Counted from the first letter of the stretch, positions 1 through 8,899 are shown. The stretch: DNA of 64,000 nucleotides from an uncultured Erythrobacter sp. (GCA_963975275.1 CAXBFN010000006.1:132124-196123); one strand, 5' to 3'. The notes: generated from the letters alone by a model not told the origin. Numbers and translations are program-made.

Positions 1-425
1 AGCGCGGCATCGCGGTGCTCGCGCTCGTCCTCGCGGAATTCGGCAATCATCCCCGCCAGTTCGGGATCGCCGCCGTCCTCCTCGAGCTCGTCGAGCTGGT
101 CCGAATAGTGGCGGTCGATCTCTTCCTCGACCGCGGCGGTGCAGGCCATCGCCGCCTCGGGCCCGAGCAGCGCGGTCGCCGCGCCCAGTGCATAGCCCGC
201 GACCGACCAGAAGGGCTGCAACGCGGTCGGGCGGACGCTGCGACGCGCCATCAGTGCATCGAACTTCGCGCGGTGCTGCGCTTCCTGTTCGGCCATGCCG
301 GCGATCTCCGCCGAATGCGGACCGCGGTCGCCCATCACCGCCAGCTGGCCGGCATAGATGCGGGTCGCGCCGAACTCGCCCGCCTGGTCGACGCGGATCA
401 TGCGGTGGGTGTCAGGCTTGGGCAT
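1..425 (-). CDS. coq7: demethoxyubiquinone hydroxylase (Coq7 family), C-terminus outside window
   Basis: Minus-strand ATG at 425-423. My translation is MPKPDTHRMIRVDQAGEFGATRIYAGQLAVMG...EQEAQHRAKF...EEEIDRHY...EDEREHRD, with the EXXH di-iron repeats typical of Coq7. It runs off the left edge, so it is absent from the ORF track. Confidence 0.85.
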   Translation of the reverse strand, partial: MPKPDTHRMIRVDQAGEFGATRIYAGQLAVMGDRGPHSAEIAGMAEQEAQHRAKFDALMARRSVRPTALQPFWSVAGYALGAATALLGPEAAMACTAAVEEEIDRHYSDQLDELEEDGGDPELAGMIAEFREDEREHRDAA

Positions 426-897
426 GAGACTTGCTCCGTGAAAGCAGAATGAGGATCGCGAGGCCGCCGACGGTCGAGATGATGAAGTTCCAGCCCGCCA
501 GCGAAACGCCCAACAGGCTCCAGGGTGCCTCGTCGCAGCGGATCATCGGGGCATTCATGATCGAATCCAGCGCGCTGACCCCGTCCTGTGGGACAATGGT
601 GGCGCAGCCCGTCAGCCCTTCCCACCAGCCGTATTCGACCCCGGCATGAAACCCGCCGATCGCCCCGGAAACCAGGATCGCCAGCGCGGCGAGCGCGACC
701 CACAACCCGCCGCGCGGCGCACGGAGCGAAAGCAGCGCCAGCGCGATCGCAGCGAAGTGCGGCCAGCGTTGCCACCAGCACATTTCGCAAGGATGCAGGC
801 CGAAGCCGTATTCGGAGATATAGGCACCCCCGAGCAAGAGGGCGGGAATCCCCAGGGCCAGTTGCCGCGCGAGGCGGAAGGATGGCGAAACGGTCAT
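412..897 (-). CDS. DsbB-family disulfide bond formation protein
   Basis: ORF 412-897. Has CEMCWWQRWPH (a CXXC motif followed by QR), a second Cys pair (GCATIV...IRCDE) and four hydrophobic segments. Confidence 0.8.
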   Translation of the reverse strand: MTVSPSFRLARQLALGIPALLLGGAYISEYGFGLHPCEMCWWQRWPHFAAIALALLSLRAPRGGLWVALAALAILVSGAIGGFHAGVEYGWWEGLTGCATIVPQDGVSALDSIMNAPMIRCDEAPWSLLGVSLAGWNFIISTVGGLAILILLSRSKSHAQA

Positions 898-915
898 CGA
901 GCCTCGATAGCGCCG

Positions 916-2253
916 TTAGCGACGGGCCGCCACCGCATTGGGCGCGATGCGGCGCAGCGTTTCGAGCGCGTAATGCAGCTGGAAATCCTCGATGCCTTCG
1001 TCCTTGAGTTCCTCGGCGGTCTTGGTGAAACGGGGGTCCTCGCGCTTATCGGTCTCGAGCGCCGAATCCTCGAGCTTGAGCTCGTTGATCAGATGTCCGC
1101 GCAGATCCGATTCGCGCATGGTGAAGCGCGAGCGCTTGGCCAGATCGGGATCGGACAATTGCGGGACCGCGATATCGGGTTTGATCCCGCCCTCCTGCAC
1201 CGAATGGCCGGCCGGGGTGTAATAGCGCGCGGTGGTGAGCTTCAGGGCCGAATCGCGGCCCAGCGGCAGCAGCGACTGGACGCTCCCCTTGCCGAAGCTG
1301 CGATCGCCCATGATCACCGCGCGGCGATGATCCTGCAGCGCGCCGGCGACGATTTCGGACGCGGAGGCGGAGCCGGCATCGATCAGCACCACGATCGGCA
1401 CACCCTCGGCGATGTCGCCGCGGAACACGGTCTCGGCCTCGTAGACGACGCTTTCGCCGCGTGCGCGGCCGCGCTGCGAGACGATGCGGCCATCGTCGAG
1501 GAACAGGTCGGACAGAGCCACCGCCTCGTCGAGCGAGCCGCCCGGATTGGAGCGCATGTCGAGTACGAGACCGCTCAAGCGTCCGCTGGCCTGCTGCTTG
1601 AGGGCATCCCACGATGCGAGGACATCGCTGCCGACATCGCGCGAGAACTCGTTGACCATGATGTGGCCGATATTGCCCGGCATGAGCTCATGGGTGACCG
1701 GCTCGAGCTCGATCACGCCGCGGGTCACGCTGACATCGAAAGGTTCGTCGCGGCCCGGCCGGAAGATGGTCAGCCGGATCGCGCTGCCCGCGGGTCCGCG
1801 CATCCGCGCCACCGCTTCGTCGAGGTCGCCGCCGTAGATCAGTTCGCCGTCGAGATGGGTGATGTAGTCGCCCGCCTTCATCCCGGCATCCTCCGCGGGG
1901 CTGCCGCGGAAGGGCGAGATCACCTTGACCGCGCCGTCCTCGAGCACGACCGAGAGGCCGAGCCCCGAATAATTGCCGTCGATCATCGTCTCGAGCCGCT
2001 GAAGGTCCGAACCGTCGAGATAGGCCGAGTGCGGATCGAGCGCGGCGAGCATGCCGTCGATCGCCCCGCGGATCAGGACATCGTCCTCGACCGGTTCGAC
2101 ATAGCTGGCCTTGATCCGCTGGTAGGCGGCGAACAGGCTGGCGAATTCCGGCCCTGCGCGCGCATCCACCTGCGCCAGACCGGCGGTGGTGGCGGGGATC
2201 AGGGCGACCGCGGTGACCAGCGCGGCGCTGCGGGCGAGTTCGGCGAATTTCAT
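916..2253 (-). CDS. ctpA: carboxy-terminal processing protease (S41 peptidase)
   Basis: 445-aa ORF with a signal-like N-terminus, a PDZ-like segment (GLGLSVVLEDGAVKVISPFRGSPAEDAGMKAGDYITHLDG) and an S41 core (DMRSNPGGSL, VVLIDAGSASASEIVAGALQD). Confidence 0.9.
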   Translation of the reverse strand: MKFAELARSAALVTAVALIPATTAGLAQVDARAGPEFASLFAAYQRIKASYVEPVEDDVLIRGAIDGMLAALDPHSAYLDGSDLQRLETMIDGNYSGLGLSVVLEDGAVKVISPFRGSPAEDAGMKAGDYITHLDGELIYGGDLDEAVARMRGPAGSAIRLTIFRPGRDEPFDVSVTRGVIELEPVTHELMPGNIGHIMVNEFSRDVGSDVLASWDALKQQASGRLSGLVLDMRSNPGGSLDEAVALSDLFLDDGRIVSQRGRARGESVVYEAETVFRGDIAEGVPIVVLIDAGSASASEIVAGALQDHRRAVIMGDRSFGKGSVQSLLPLGRDSALKLTTARYYTPAGHSVQEGGIKPDIAVPQLSDPDLAKRSRFTMRESDLRGHLINELKLEDSALETDKREDPRFTKTAEELKDEGIEDFQLHYALETLRRIAPNAVAARR

Positions 2254-2387
2254 GGCAGGTGTCCAATCATGTCTCGCGCCATTCTATCCACTGTGCGCGG
2301 TTAACGCTAGCTGAGGATCGACGACCGATCCTGCGCGACCTGCAGGCGCATCGGCAGGCGCAGCGGCACGCAGGCCCCGCGATCCTG

Positions 2388-3614
2388 TCAGACGATGAAA
2401 TCGAGCGGATTGACCGGTTCGCCCTCGCGGCGAAGCTCCAGCGCGACCAGGGGATCGCGCAGCTCCGCCATGCCGAGCGGCGAGCCGGCGACGACGTTCT
2501 GGCCGACCCGCGCCGCCAGTTCCGACAGTCCCGTCACCAGGCTGGTCCAGCCATTGGGGTGTTCGATGATGACGATGGTGCCATAGCCGCGGTAGGGGCC
2601 TGCGAAGGCGATCCTGCCCGCCCCTGGCGCAACGACCTGCGCGCCGCTGCGCGGAAGGAGCTGCAATCCGTTGCGCCGTGCCCCGCCGTCCTCGCGCGAT
2701 CCGAAGGCTGCCACCAGCCGCCCGTCCACCGGCAGGCGGTAGCGGCGGGGTGGGGCGGTGGCGGACGGCGTAGGCGGCGGCGCGGCAACGGCGGTATGGG
2801 CCGCGGAAGGATCGGAGGGGCGCGGAATCGGACCCGGCAGCGCCGCCAGCCGCTCACGCAGATCGCCGACCTGTTCGAGTTCCTCGATCAGCCCGTCGAT
2901 GTCGCGTGCGCGCTCGCCGAGCGCGAGCGCTCGCAGCGCCTCGCGATCCGCAGCTCCGGCCGCCCGGCGGGCATCGATCCGCTCGCGCTGCGCCATGGCA
3001 ACCAGTTCGGTGCGGCGCTGCGCCAGCTGCGCTTCGCTGGCGCGGCGCGCGGCGACAGTGTCGCGCGCCTCGGCCTGGAGCACGGCGGCGCGGTCGAGCT
3101 CGGCGCGCAGATCGGCGGTGGTTGCACGCACCAGCGGCACAGTGCTGTCGAGCACGGCGCCGAGATAGACCGTGTCGCGCAGCGAACCGGGAGCCAGCAG
3201 GCTGAGCGAGAGCGGGCGCCGGACCAGCGTCTGCAGCGCGCTGGTGAGCTGGACGATCGGTTCGCGGCGCTCGCCCAGCCGGATGTCGAGCAGACGCCGT
3301 TCGGTGTTGATCAGGGCAAGCTGCGCCTCGGCGATGCCGATCCCCGCCTCGACCTGCTGGATCCGCGCCGCCAGCGCAGCGGATTCGGCCTGCGCCTTGT
3401 CCGAGGCCTGTGCCGAACTGGCGCCCTCGCGCTCGAAGCGCTCCGCGCGGGCGCGGGCGCGGACCGCCTGCTGGCGCGCCAATGCAAGCGCGGCGCGGGC
3501 CTGCGGCGCATCCTCGAACCGCGATGCGGATTGCGCCTGGCCGGGCCCGTCGGCGCCCACCCAGAAGCCGAGCGCAAGAAGGCCCAGCAGGCTGGCGGCA
3601 AGAAAGCGCGTCAT
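2388..3614 (-). CDS. EnvC-like murein hydrolase activator with degenerate LytM (M23) domain
   Basis: Signal peptide, a long Ala/Arg/Gln-rich coiled-coil region and a C-terminal M23 fold (GYGTIVIIEHPNGWTSLVTGL). The HxxxD and HxH metal ligands are missing (NGLQL and LVALELR in their place). It sits next to ctpA. Confidence 0.85.
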   Translation of the reverse strand: MTRFLAASLLGLLALGFWVGADGPGQAQSASRFEDAPQARAALALARQQAVRARARAERFEREGASSAQASDKAQAESAALAARIQQVEAGIGIAEAQLALINTERRLLDIRLGERREPIVQLTSALQTLVRRPLSLSLLAPGSLRDTVYLGAVLDSTVPLVRATTADLRAELDRAAVLQAEARDTVAARRASEAQLAQRRTELVAMAQRERIDARRAAGAADREALRALALGERARDIDGLIEELEQVGDLRERLAALPGPIPRPSDPSAAHTAVAAPPPTPSATAPPRRYRLPVDGRLVAAFGSREDGGARRNGLQLLPRSGAQVVAPGAGRIAFAGPYRGYGTIVIIEHPNGWTSLVTGLSELAARVGQNVVAGSPLGMAELRDPLVALELRREGEPVNPLDFIV

Positions 3615-3635
3615 GACGTCATTATAACGGACGGG

Positions 3636-4055
3636 TCACGCACGATGATAGGGGTGCCCGGCGATGATGGTGGTCGCGCGGTAGAGCTGCTCGGCCAGCA
3701 TCGCGCGCGCCAGCAGATGCGGCCAGGTGGCCTTGCCGAAAGCGAGCAGCAGGTCCGCCCCGGCGCGCTCCTCCGGTGAATGGCCATCGGCGGCGCCCAG
3801 TACGAAACGCGCCTCGCGGATGCCGTCATCGCGCCAGCGCTCGAGAATGGCGGCGAATTCCTCCGAGCCCAGATCGCGTCCGCGCTCGTCGAGCAGCACG
3901 GTGCGGTGCGGGTTCTGGGATTCGGGTGCGCGCCCCCCGGTCTCCGGCAGCTCGGTGAAGCGGGCCGGCCAGGTCATCCGCTTTTCGTAGCGGGCGACCA
4001 GCTCGGCTTCGGGACTGCGGCCCAGCTTGCCGCGCGCGATCACATGGAGCAGCAC
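3636..4055 (-). CDS. rlmH: 23S rRNA (pseudouridine1915-N3)-methyltransferase RlmH
   Basis: 139-aa ORF: MLLHVIARGKLGRSPEAELVARYEKR ... IIAGHPYHRA. The size and C-terminal motif are typical of the SPOUT methyltransferase RlmH. Lies in the conserved nadD-rsfS-rlmH order. Confidence 0.9.
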   Translation of the reverse strand: MLLHVIARGKLGRSPEAELVARYEKRMTWPARFTELPETGGRAPESQNPHRTVLLDERGRDLGSEEFAAILERWRDDGIREARFVLGAADGHSPEERAGADLLLAFGKATWPHLLARAMLAEQLYRATTIIAGHPYHRA

Positions 4056-4082
4056 GATCGCGTTCCCGTCGAGAACGCGGGC

Positions 4083-4502
4083 CTAGGCCGTGCCAGCGGC
4101 GCCGGCCGGCGGCGCGTCGCCGAAGGCCCACATCCGCTCCAGATTGTAGAAGCTGCGGACTTCGGGGCGAAACAGATGAACGACGATATCGCCGGCATCG
4201 AGCAGCACCCAGTCGCCCGCGGGCAGACCTTCGAGCTTGACCGGACCGAAGCCGGCCTTCTTGATCTTCTCCGCCAGCTTCTGCGCGATCGAGGCGACCT
4301 GACGCGTCGAGCGGCCCGAGGCGATCACCATGTGATCGGCGATCGAGCTTTTGCCTTCGAGGTCGATGGTCACGACCTCCTGGGCCTGATCGTCCTCGAG
4401 ATGCTGCAGGACGAGGTCGAGTAGCGGATCGGTGCCGTCGCTATGCATCGACGGAGCCTGAGCGGTGTCGGCGGCTGCCGACAATGTGTGCGCCTGAGTC
4501 AT
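4083..4502 (-). CDS. rsfS: ribosome silencing factor RsfS
   Basis: Has the RsfS/iojap core: VTIDLEGKSSIADHMVIASGRSTRQVASIAQKL...WVLLDAGDIVVHLFRPEVRSFYNLERMW. Confidence 0.9.
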   Translation of the reverse strand: MTQAHTLSAAADTAQAPSMHSDGTDPLLDLVLQHLEDDQAQEVVTIDLEGKSSIADHMVIASGRSTRQVASIAQKLAEKIKKAGFGPVKLEGLPAGDWVLLDAGDIVVHLFRPEVRSFYNLERMWAFGDAPPAGAAGTA

Positions 4503-4559
4503 CGGCGTGGATCATACTCCTGTAGAGAAAAAGAGAGGGCATGAAGGACACAACGCACG

Positions 4560-5279
4560 TCATCGTGCTTGTGTTTCCTCGTCCATGCCGGTCGGGGTTC
4601 TGCCTTCGGGATCGATTGGGACGGTGCGATCGGCAATCAACCGGCGTGTCACCTGGTCGCGCAAGGATCGCGAACCGAGGCGTTCAACCCAGTCGGGATC
4701 GGCCCGGCGGATGGCCGTGGCCGAGCTTTCGTCCGGATCGAAACGCAGAATCACCAGAGCCGGCGCACTCCAATCGTCCCCTCTTGCAAGACTGGTAGCG
4801 GAAACGGAAAAGCGCCGCAGCCAGGCCATCGCGGGGCTCGCGAGGGCAGCGCCATCATAGCCGGGTCGGGCGATCACCGCAATCGGCATGCTGCGGGCAA
4901 TGCCGCGCCAGTCGCGCCAGCGGTGAAATTGCGCCAGATTGTCGGAGCCCATCAGCCAGCAGAAATCGAATTTGCGATAGCGGCGGCGCAGAACCTTTAG
5001 AGTATCGACCGTGTAGCGGGTGCCGAGTTCTCGCTCGATCGCAGTCACGCGGATCGGCGCGCGACGCGCCTGCAGCGTGGCGGAGGCGAAGCGGGCCGCG
5101 AGCGGGGCCATCCCGGCCTCGGGCTTGAGCGGATTGCCGGGCGAGACCAGCCACCAGACTTCGTCGAAACCGATCGCCTGCTTCGCGAAGAGTGAAATCC
5201 GGCGGTGCCCGCCATGCGCCGGATTGAAACTGCCGCCCAATAGCCCGATCCGTCGGCGCGCCCGCGATCGGGCACTCAC
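4560..5279 (-). CDS. nadD: nicotinate-nucleotide adenylyltransferase
   Basis: GTG start. Has IGLLGGSFNPAHGGH (the HxGH nucleotidyltransferase motif) and WWLVSPGNPLK. Carries a C-terminal tail about 35-40 aa longer than a typical NadD. Confidence 0.9.
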   Translation of the reverse strand: MSARSRARRRIGLLGGSFNPAHGGHRRISLFAKQAIGFDEVWWLVSPGNPLKPEAGMAPLAARFASATLQARRAPIRVTAIERELGTRYTVDTLKVLRRRYRKFDFCWLMGSDNLAQFHRWRDWRGIARSMPIAVIARPGYDGAALASPAMAWLRRFSVSATSLARGDDWSAPALVILRFDPDESSATAIRRADPDWVERLGSRSLRDQVTRRLIADRTVPIDPEGRTPTGMDEETQAR

Positions 5280-5420
5280 AAACGAACTCGGAACACGGAA
5301 GAAACCTCGGGACGACCGGGTACGAGAGGGGGCAAGGCAGACACGCGATTCGCGTAGCAGGCCGATTCGGCGCTGTCAGCTTGTAGGGCGAGAGGCGAAT
5401 CCCCGGAGAATCGACACTTT

Positions 5421-5444
5421 CCAAAACGCTGCCCAAAACGCTGC
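5421..5444. repeat. perfect tandem duplication of the 12-mer CCAAAACGCTGC
   Basis: Copies at 5421-5432 and 5433-5444 are identical. Lies in the 329-bp divergent nadD / M23 intergenic region. Confidence 0.9.
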
Positions 5445-5608
5445 AGCGCGTTTCGTTCCCACGAATCGCAATAAAATTCGCTGCCGATCAACCGTTCATC
5501 CCGCCACGCTTTCGCTCTGGCCATTTCTCCGGGCTGAGATTCGCATGGTTTAACAATCGCTGTTAGTGGCCGGGGCGAGGGTCTGAAGTCAAAAAGACGG
5601 GGTCGAAT

Positions 5609-6757
5609 TTGTCCGATAATACCACCGCTGGCGGCTGGGTTCGCCGTGTGCGCAGCTGGTTTCCCGACCGGGAATTCTTCATGCGCTCCGAGGGCCAAGT
5701 CCGCTTCGTGACCGTCTCCTCGCGAGTTCAAATGACCGCCGCCGGTCTCGGCGCGGCGGCTCTGTTCGCTTTCGTCGGGACGTTGGGGGCGATGAGCTGG
5801 TCGCAATACCGCGCGTCCACGGATCGCGTCGTGCTTGCCGAGCGCGAACACCGGGTCGCTGATTCCGAGGAGCGGCTGGCAAACTACCGCGACGATATCG
5901 ACGAGGTCACCGACGATCTCCAGCGGCGCCAGAAATTCATCGAGGACATGGTCGCCTCGCTCCCCGCGGATGTGATCGTGCCTGCCGCAGGCGATGCCGA
6001 TACCGCCGCCGCGGCGACGGTCGAAAAGGTCTCGATGGTCGTTCCCGAAGCCGCCGACCTGGCCAGGATCGAAGCGCGCCAGCTCGCCTTCGTCGAAGGT
6101 ATGACCCGCTTCGCCGACGAGCGCTCCAGCCGCGCCGCCGCCGCTTTGCGCACTCTCGGCCTCAACCCCGACACCGTGCTGCGCCGCGCCGAGCGCGAGG
6201 CGATGGGTGGTCCGCTCGAGAAGCTCACCACCGGCAGCGACGATGCTCTCGACCCGCGCTTCGAACGCCTCGGCCTGAGCCTCGCGCGGATGAGCGCGCT
6301 CGAGACCTCGCTCGACGCGCTGCCGCACTTCAAGCCCGCCAACACCCGGCTCTCCTCGAGCTTCGGCTTCCGTCGCGATCCCTTCAACGGTCGCGGCGCG
6401 ATGCACAGCGGGCTCGATTTCGCCGGTCCGCAGGGGACGCCGATCGCCGCGGCATCGAAGGGCCGGGTTAGCTTCGTCGGGCGCAGGTCCGGCTACGGCA
6501 ACACGGTCGAAATCGATCATGGCGGCGGCTTGATGACGCGCTATGCGCATCTTTCCGCCTTCAAGGTCCAGGCCGGCCAGCAGGTCGAGGCCGGGACCGC
6601 CATCGCCGCGATGGGCAGCACCGGTCGTTCGACCGGCTCGCACCTCCATTTCGAAGTCCGCATCGACGGCCGGGCCGTCAATCCCCGCCCATTCCTGGAG
6701 ACGGCTCCCAATGTTCTCAAAGAAGTCCGACGCGCGTCCGCGCGTCCCAGCCGCTAG
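5609..6757 (+). CDS. membrane-anchored M23 (LytM) endopeptidase, LmdC-like
   Basis: TTG start. Cytoplasmic N-terminus (WFPDREFFMRSEGQVRF), one TM segment, a coiled-coil region, and an M23 domain with intact HxxxD (HSGLD) and HxH (HLH) motifs. Confidence 0.85.
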   Translation: MSDNTTAGGWVRRVRSWFPDREFFMRSEGQVRFVTVSSRVQMTAAGLGAAALFAFVGTLGAMSWSQYRASTDRVVLAEREHRVADSEERLANYRDDIDEVTDDLQRRQKFIEDMVASLPADVIVPAAGDADTAAAATVEKVSMVVPEAADLARIEARQLAFVEGMTRFADERSSRAAAALRTLGLNPDTVLRRAEREAMGGPLEKLTTGSDDALDPRFERLGLSLARMSALETSLDALPHFKPANTRLSSSFGFRRDPFNGRGAMHSGLDFAGPQGTPIAAASKGRVSFVGRRSGYGNTVEIDHGGGLMTRYAHLSAFKVQAGQQVEAGTAIAAMGSTGRSTGSHLHFEVRIDGRAVNPRPFLETAPNVLKEVRRASARPSR

Positions 6758-6770
6758 AACCGAGAGACCC

Positions 6771-7178
6771 ATGGCAACGCGCAATTCTTCCTCGACCTTC
6801 TCGGTCATCGGCACGGATATTTCGATCCGCGGCAATATCGAGGCCTCCGCCGACCTGCATATCGATGGCTCGGTCGAAGGCGATATCGCCTGCGCCGCGC
6901 TGGTTCAGGGCGAAGGCAGCACGATCACCGGGGCAGTGACCGCCGAGACCGCCCGGCTGGCGGGCACCGTGGTCGGCTCGATCTCGGCGCGCGAGCTCGT
7001 GATCCTCAAGACCGCCCGAATCGACGGCGACGTCCATTACGATGCGCTGACGATCGAGCAGGGAGCCGAGGTCGAAGGGCGATTCGCGCCGCGCGCAACC
7101 GGAAAGGCACCCGAGGCCGGGACCGAGCATCAGGACGCCGCCAACAGCGACGAACCCAGGCTCGCCATCGCGCAGTGA
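6771..7178 (+). CDS. bactofilin (polymer-forming cytoskeletal protein)
   Basis: Bactofilin/DUF583 beta-helical repeats (ISIRGNIEASADLHIDGSVEGDI...ARLAGTVVGSISARELVILKTARIDGDVHYDALTIEQGAEVEG). ATG 6771 lies 14 nt after the M23 stop. An alternative ATG at 6711 would overlap the M23 gene. The track ORF from 6543 is over-extended. Confidence 0.85.
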   Translation: MATRNSSSTFSVIGTDISIRGNIEASADLHIDGSVEGDIACAALVQGEGSTITGAVTAETARLAGTVVGSISARELVILKTARIDGDVHYDALTIEQGAEVEGRFAPRATGKAPEAGTEHQDAANSDEPRLAIAQ

Positions 7179-7196
7179 TGCGGCGGCAGGCCCGCC

Positions 7197-8891
7197 TTAT
7201 TGGGGCAGGACCTCGGCGCGCAGCGCCTTGCGGTCGAGCTTGCCGATCATCGTCTTGGGCAGGTCGGCGCGGATGACCACATGCTCCACGCGCTCGTGCT
7301 TGCCGACGCGCGCGTTGAGCCAGTCCTTCAGCTCGCTGCCGGCGGGCGGGGCAACGCCTTCCTCCTGGTTGAGCGTCACATAGGCCATCGGATGTTCGCC
7401 GAGATAGGGGTCGGGATGGCCGATCACCAGCGCCTCCTTGACCATCGGATGCTGGAGCAGGACGGTCTCGACCTGGCTCGGGAAAACCTTGAACCCGCCG
7501 ACCGCGATCATGTCCTTGATCCGGTCGACGATCGCCAGGAAGCCCTCCTCGTCGATGGTCGCGACATCGCCGGTGCGCAGCCAGCTTTTGCCCTCATGCT
7601 CGGCAAAGGCGCTCGCCTGCGTATCGGGCCGGTTCCAGTAGCCCTGCATGATCTGCGGCCCGTGGATCACCAGCTCGCCGGGGGCACCATCGGGGGCGAG
7701 CCGGGTCGGGTCTTCCTTGTCGAGCAGCATAACCTGCGTGCCGGGGACCGGTTGGCCGATCGTGCCGTGCTTGCGCAGGCCTTCGTAGGGGTTGGTCGAG
7801 ACCACCCCCGAACTCTCGGTGAGCCCGTAACCCTCGACCAGCCGGACGCCGGTCGCGCTTTCGAATTTTTCGCGCAAGGGTCCGGGCATCGGCGCGCCGC
7901 CCGAGATGCAGATCCTGAGCGACGACCAGTCGGTCTTGCCGAAGTCCTTGTGATCGAGCAGCGCCTGGAACATCGTCGGCACGCCGGGGAAGGCGACCGG
8001 TTTGGTCCGCGAGATCGTGGCGAGCACCTGTCCCGGCTCGAAGCGCGGGACCAGGACCATCGCCCCGCCCTTCACCACCGTGCGGTTGAGGACGCAGGTG
8101 TTGGCAAAGACGTGGAACAGCGGCAGCCCGCCCATCACGATATCGGCCTGCTCGCGGTCGAAAGGATCGATCATGTCGACCTGGATCGCGTTGCTCGACA
8201 GATTGGCGTGCGAGAGCATCGCTCCCTTGGGGGTCCCGGTGGTGCCGCCGGTGTATTGCAGCAGCGCGAGATCGCCGGTTTCGAGTTGCGGCAGCGGGCT
8301 CGGCGTATCGGACAGCCAGTCGGCGAAAGACGCGACATCGGCGCGATCGGGGATGGCGGCGATCTGGCTGCGGCGCAGCGTCCGCAGCGCGAGGCTCTTC
8401 ACCAGTGGCAGCATATCGGAGAGGCGGGCCACGGCGAGCATTTCGAGCGAGGACCCGTCGAGCACTTTCACCGCGGTGGGCAGCAGCGCGGGCGCATCGA
8501 GCGTGACCAGCAGCCTCGTGCCCGAATCCTCGACCTGTTGGGCGAGTTCGTCGACCGTGTAGAGCGGCGAGAAATTTACCACCACCGCGCCCGCCATCAT
8601 CGCCCCGTAATAGGCCGAGGCATAGGCAGGGACGTTGGGGAGGAAGAGACCGACGCGGTCGCCGCGTGCGATCCCGCGCGCGATCAGCCCATAGGCGAAA
8701 CGCCGCGCCTCGCTGTGGATCTGGCGGTAGCTGTAGTCGCGCCCGAGGAACTCGACCAGACGCGCTTCGGGGCGCGCTTCGGCCTGGCGCTCGAGGATAC
8801 CGTGCAGCAGCTCGGGAACGATCTCGGCATCCCAGGGCCGGGCATGGCCATAGCTGGCCGGAACGGGCGGAAAAAGCTTATTGACAGTCAT
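7197..8891 (-). CDS. fadD: long-chain fatty acid-CoA ligase (AMP-dependent synthetase)
   Basis: 564-aa ORF with the AMP-binding motif LQYTGGTTGTPKGAMLSHANL, plus GYGLTE and GDV...DEEGFLAIVDRIKDMI. Confidence 0.9.
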   Translation of the reverse strand: MTVNKLFPPVPASYGHARPWDAEIVPELLHGILERQAEARPEARLVEFLGRDYSYRQIHSEARRFAYGLIARGIARGDRVGLFLPNVPAYASAYYGAMMAGAVVVNFSPLYTVDELAQQVEDSGTRLLVTLDAPALLPTAVKVLDGSSLEMLAVARLSDMLPLVKSLALRTLRRSQIAAIPDRADVASFADWLSDTPSPLPQLETGDLALLQYTGGTTGTPKGAMLSHANLSSNAIQVDMIDPFDREQADIVMGGLPLFHVFANTCVLNRTVVKGGAMVLVPRFEPGQVLATISRTKPVAFPGVPTMFQALLDHKDFGKTDWSSLRICISGGAPMPGPLREKFESATGVRLVEGYGLTESSGVVSTNPYEGLRKHGTIGQPVPGTQVMLLDKEDPTRLAPDGAPGELVIHGPQIMQGYWNRPDTQASAFAEHEGKSWLRTGDVATIDEEGFLAIVDRIKDMIAVGGFKVFPSQVETVLLQHPMVKEALVIGHPDPYLGEHPMAYVTLNQEEGVAPPAGSELKDWLNARVGKHERVEHVVIRADLPKTMIGKLDRKALRAEVLPQ

Positions 8892-8899
8892 GTCAATAA
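8878..8899. promoter_or_regulatory. AT-rich inverted repeat TTATTGACA-N4-TGTCAATAA overlapping the fadD start codon (candidate operator)
   Basis: Perfect 9-bp arms at 8878-8886 and 8891-8899. The start codon occupies 8889-8891. The AT-rich composition is unusual for this genome. Confidence 0.45.

Noticed and set aside
646-2304. 552-aa plus-strand ORF opposite ctpA. Similar long antisense ORFs occur at 5276-6835, 7200-9170, 13194-16121, 16527-18287, 19272-21419, 22644-24305, 35808-36770 and 47409-48941.
   Set aside because: All lie antisense to genes with clear family signatures. They are Arg/Ala/Gly/Pro-rich and low in complexity, and they lack recognisable motifs. Stop-poor antisense frames are expected at roughly 65% GC.
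4560-4680. C-terminal extension of NadD as a separate small gene or frameshift
   Set aside because: The reading frame is continuous from the nucleotidyltransferase domain to the stop at 4560, and no alternative ORF with a ribosome-binding site is evident. I treat it as a lineage-specific tail.
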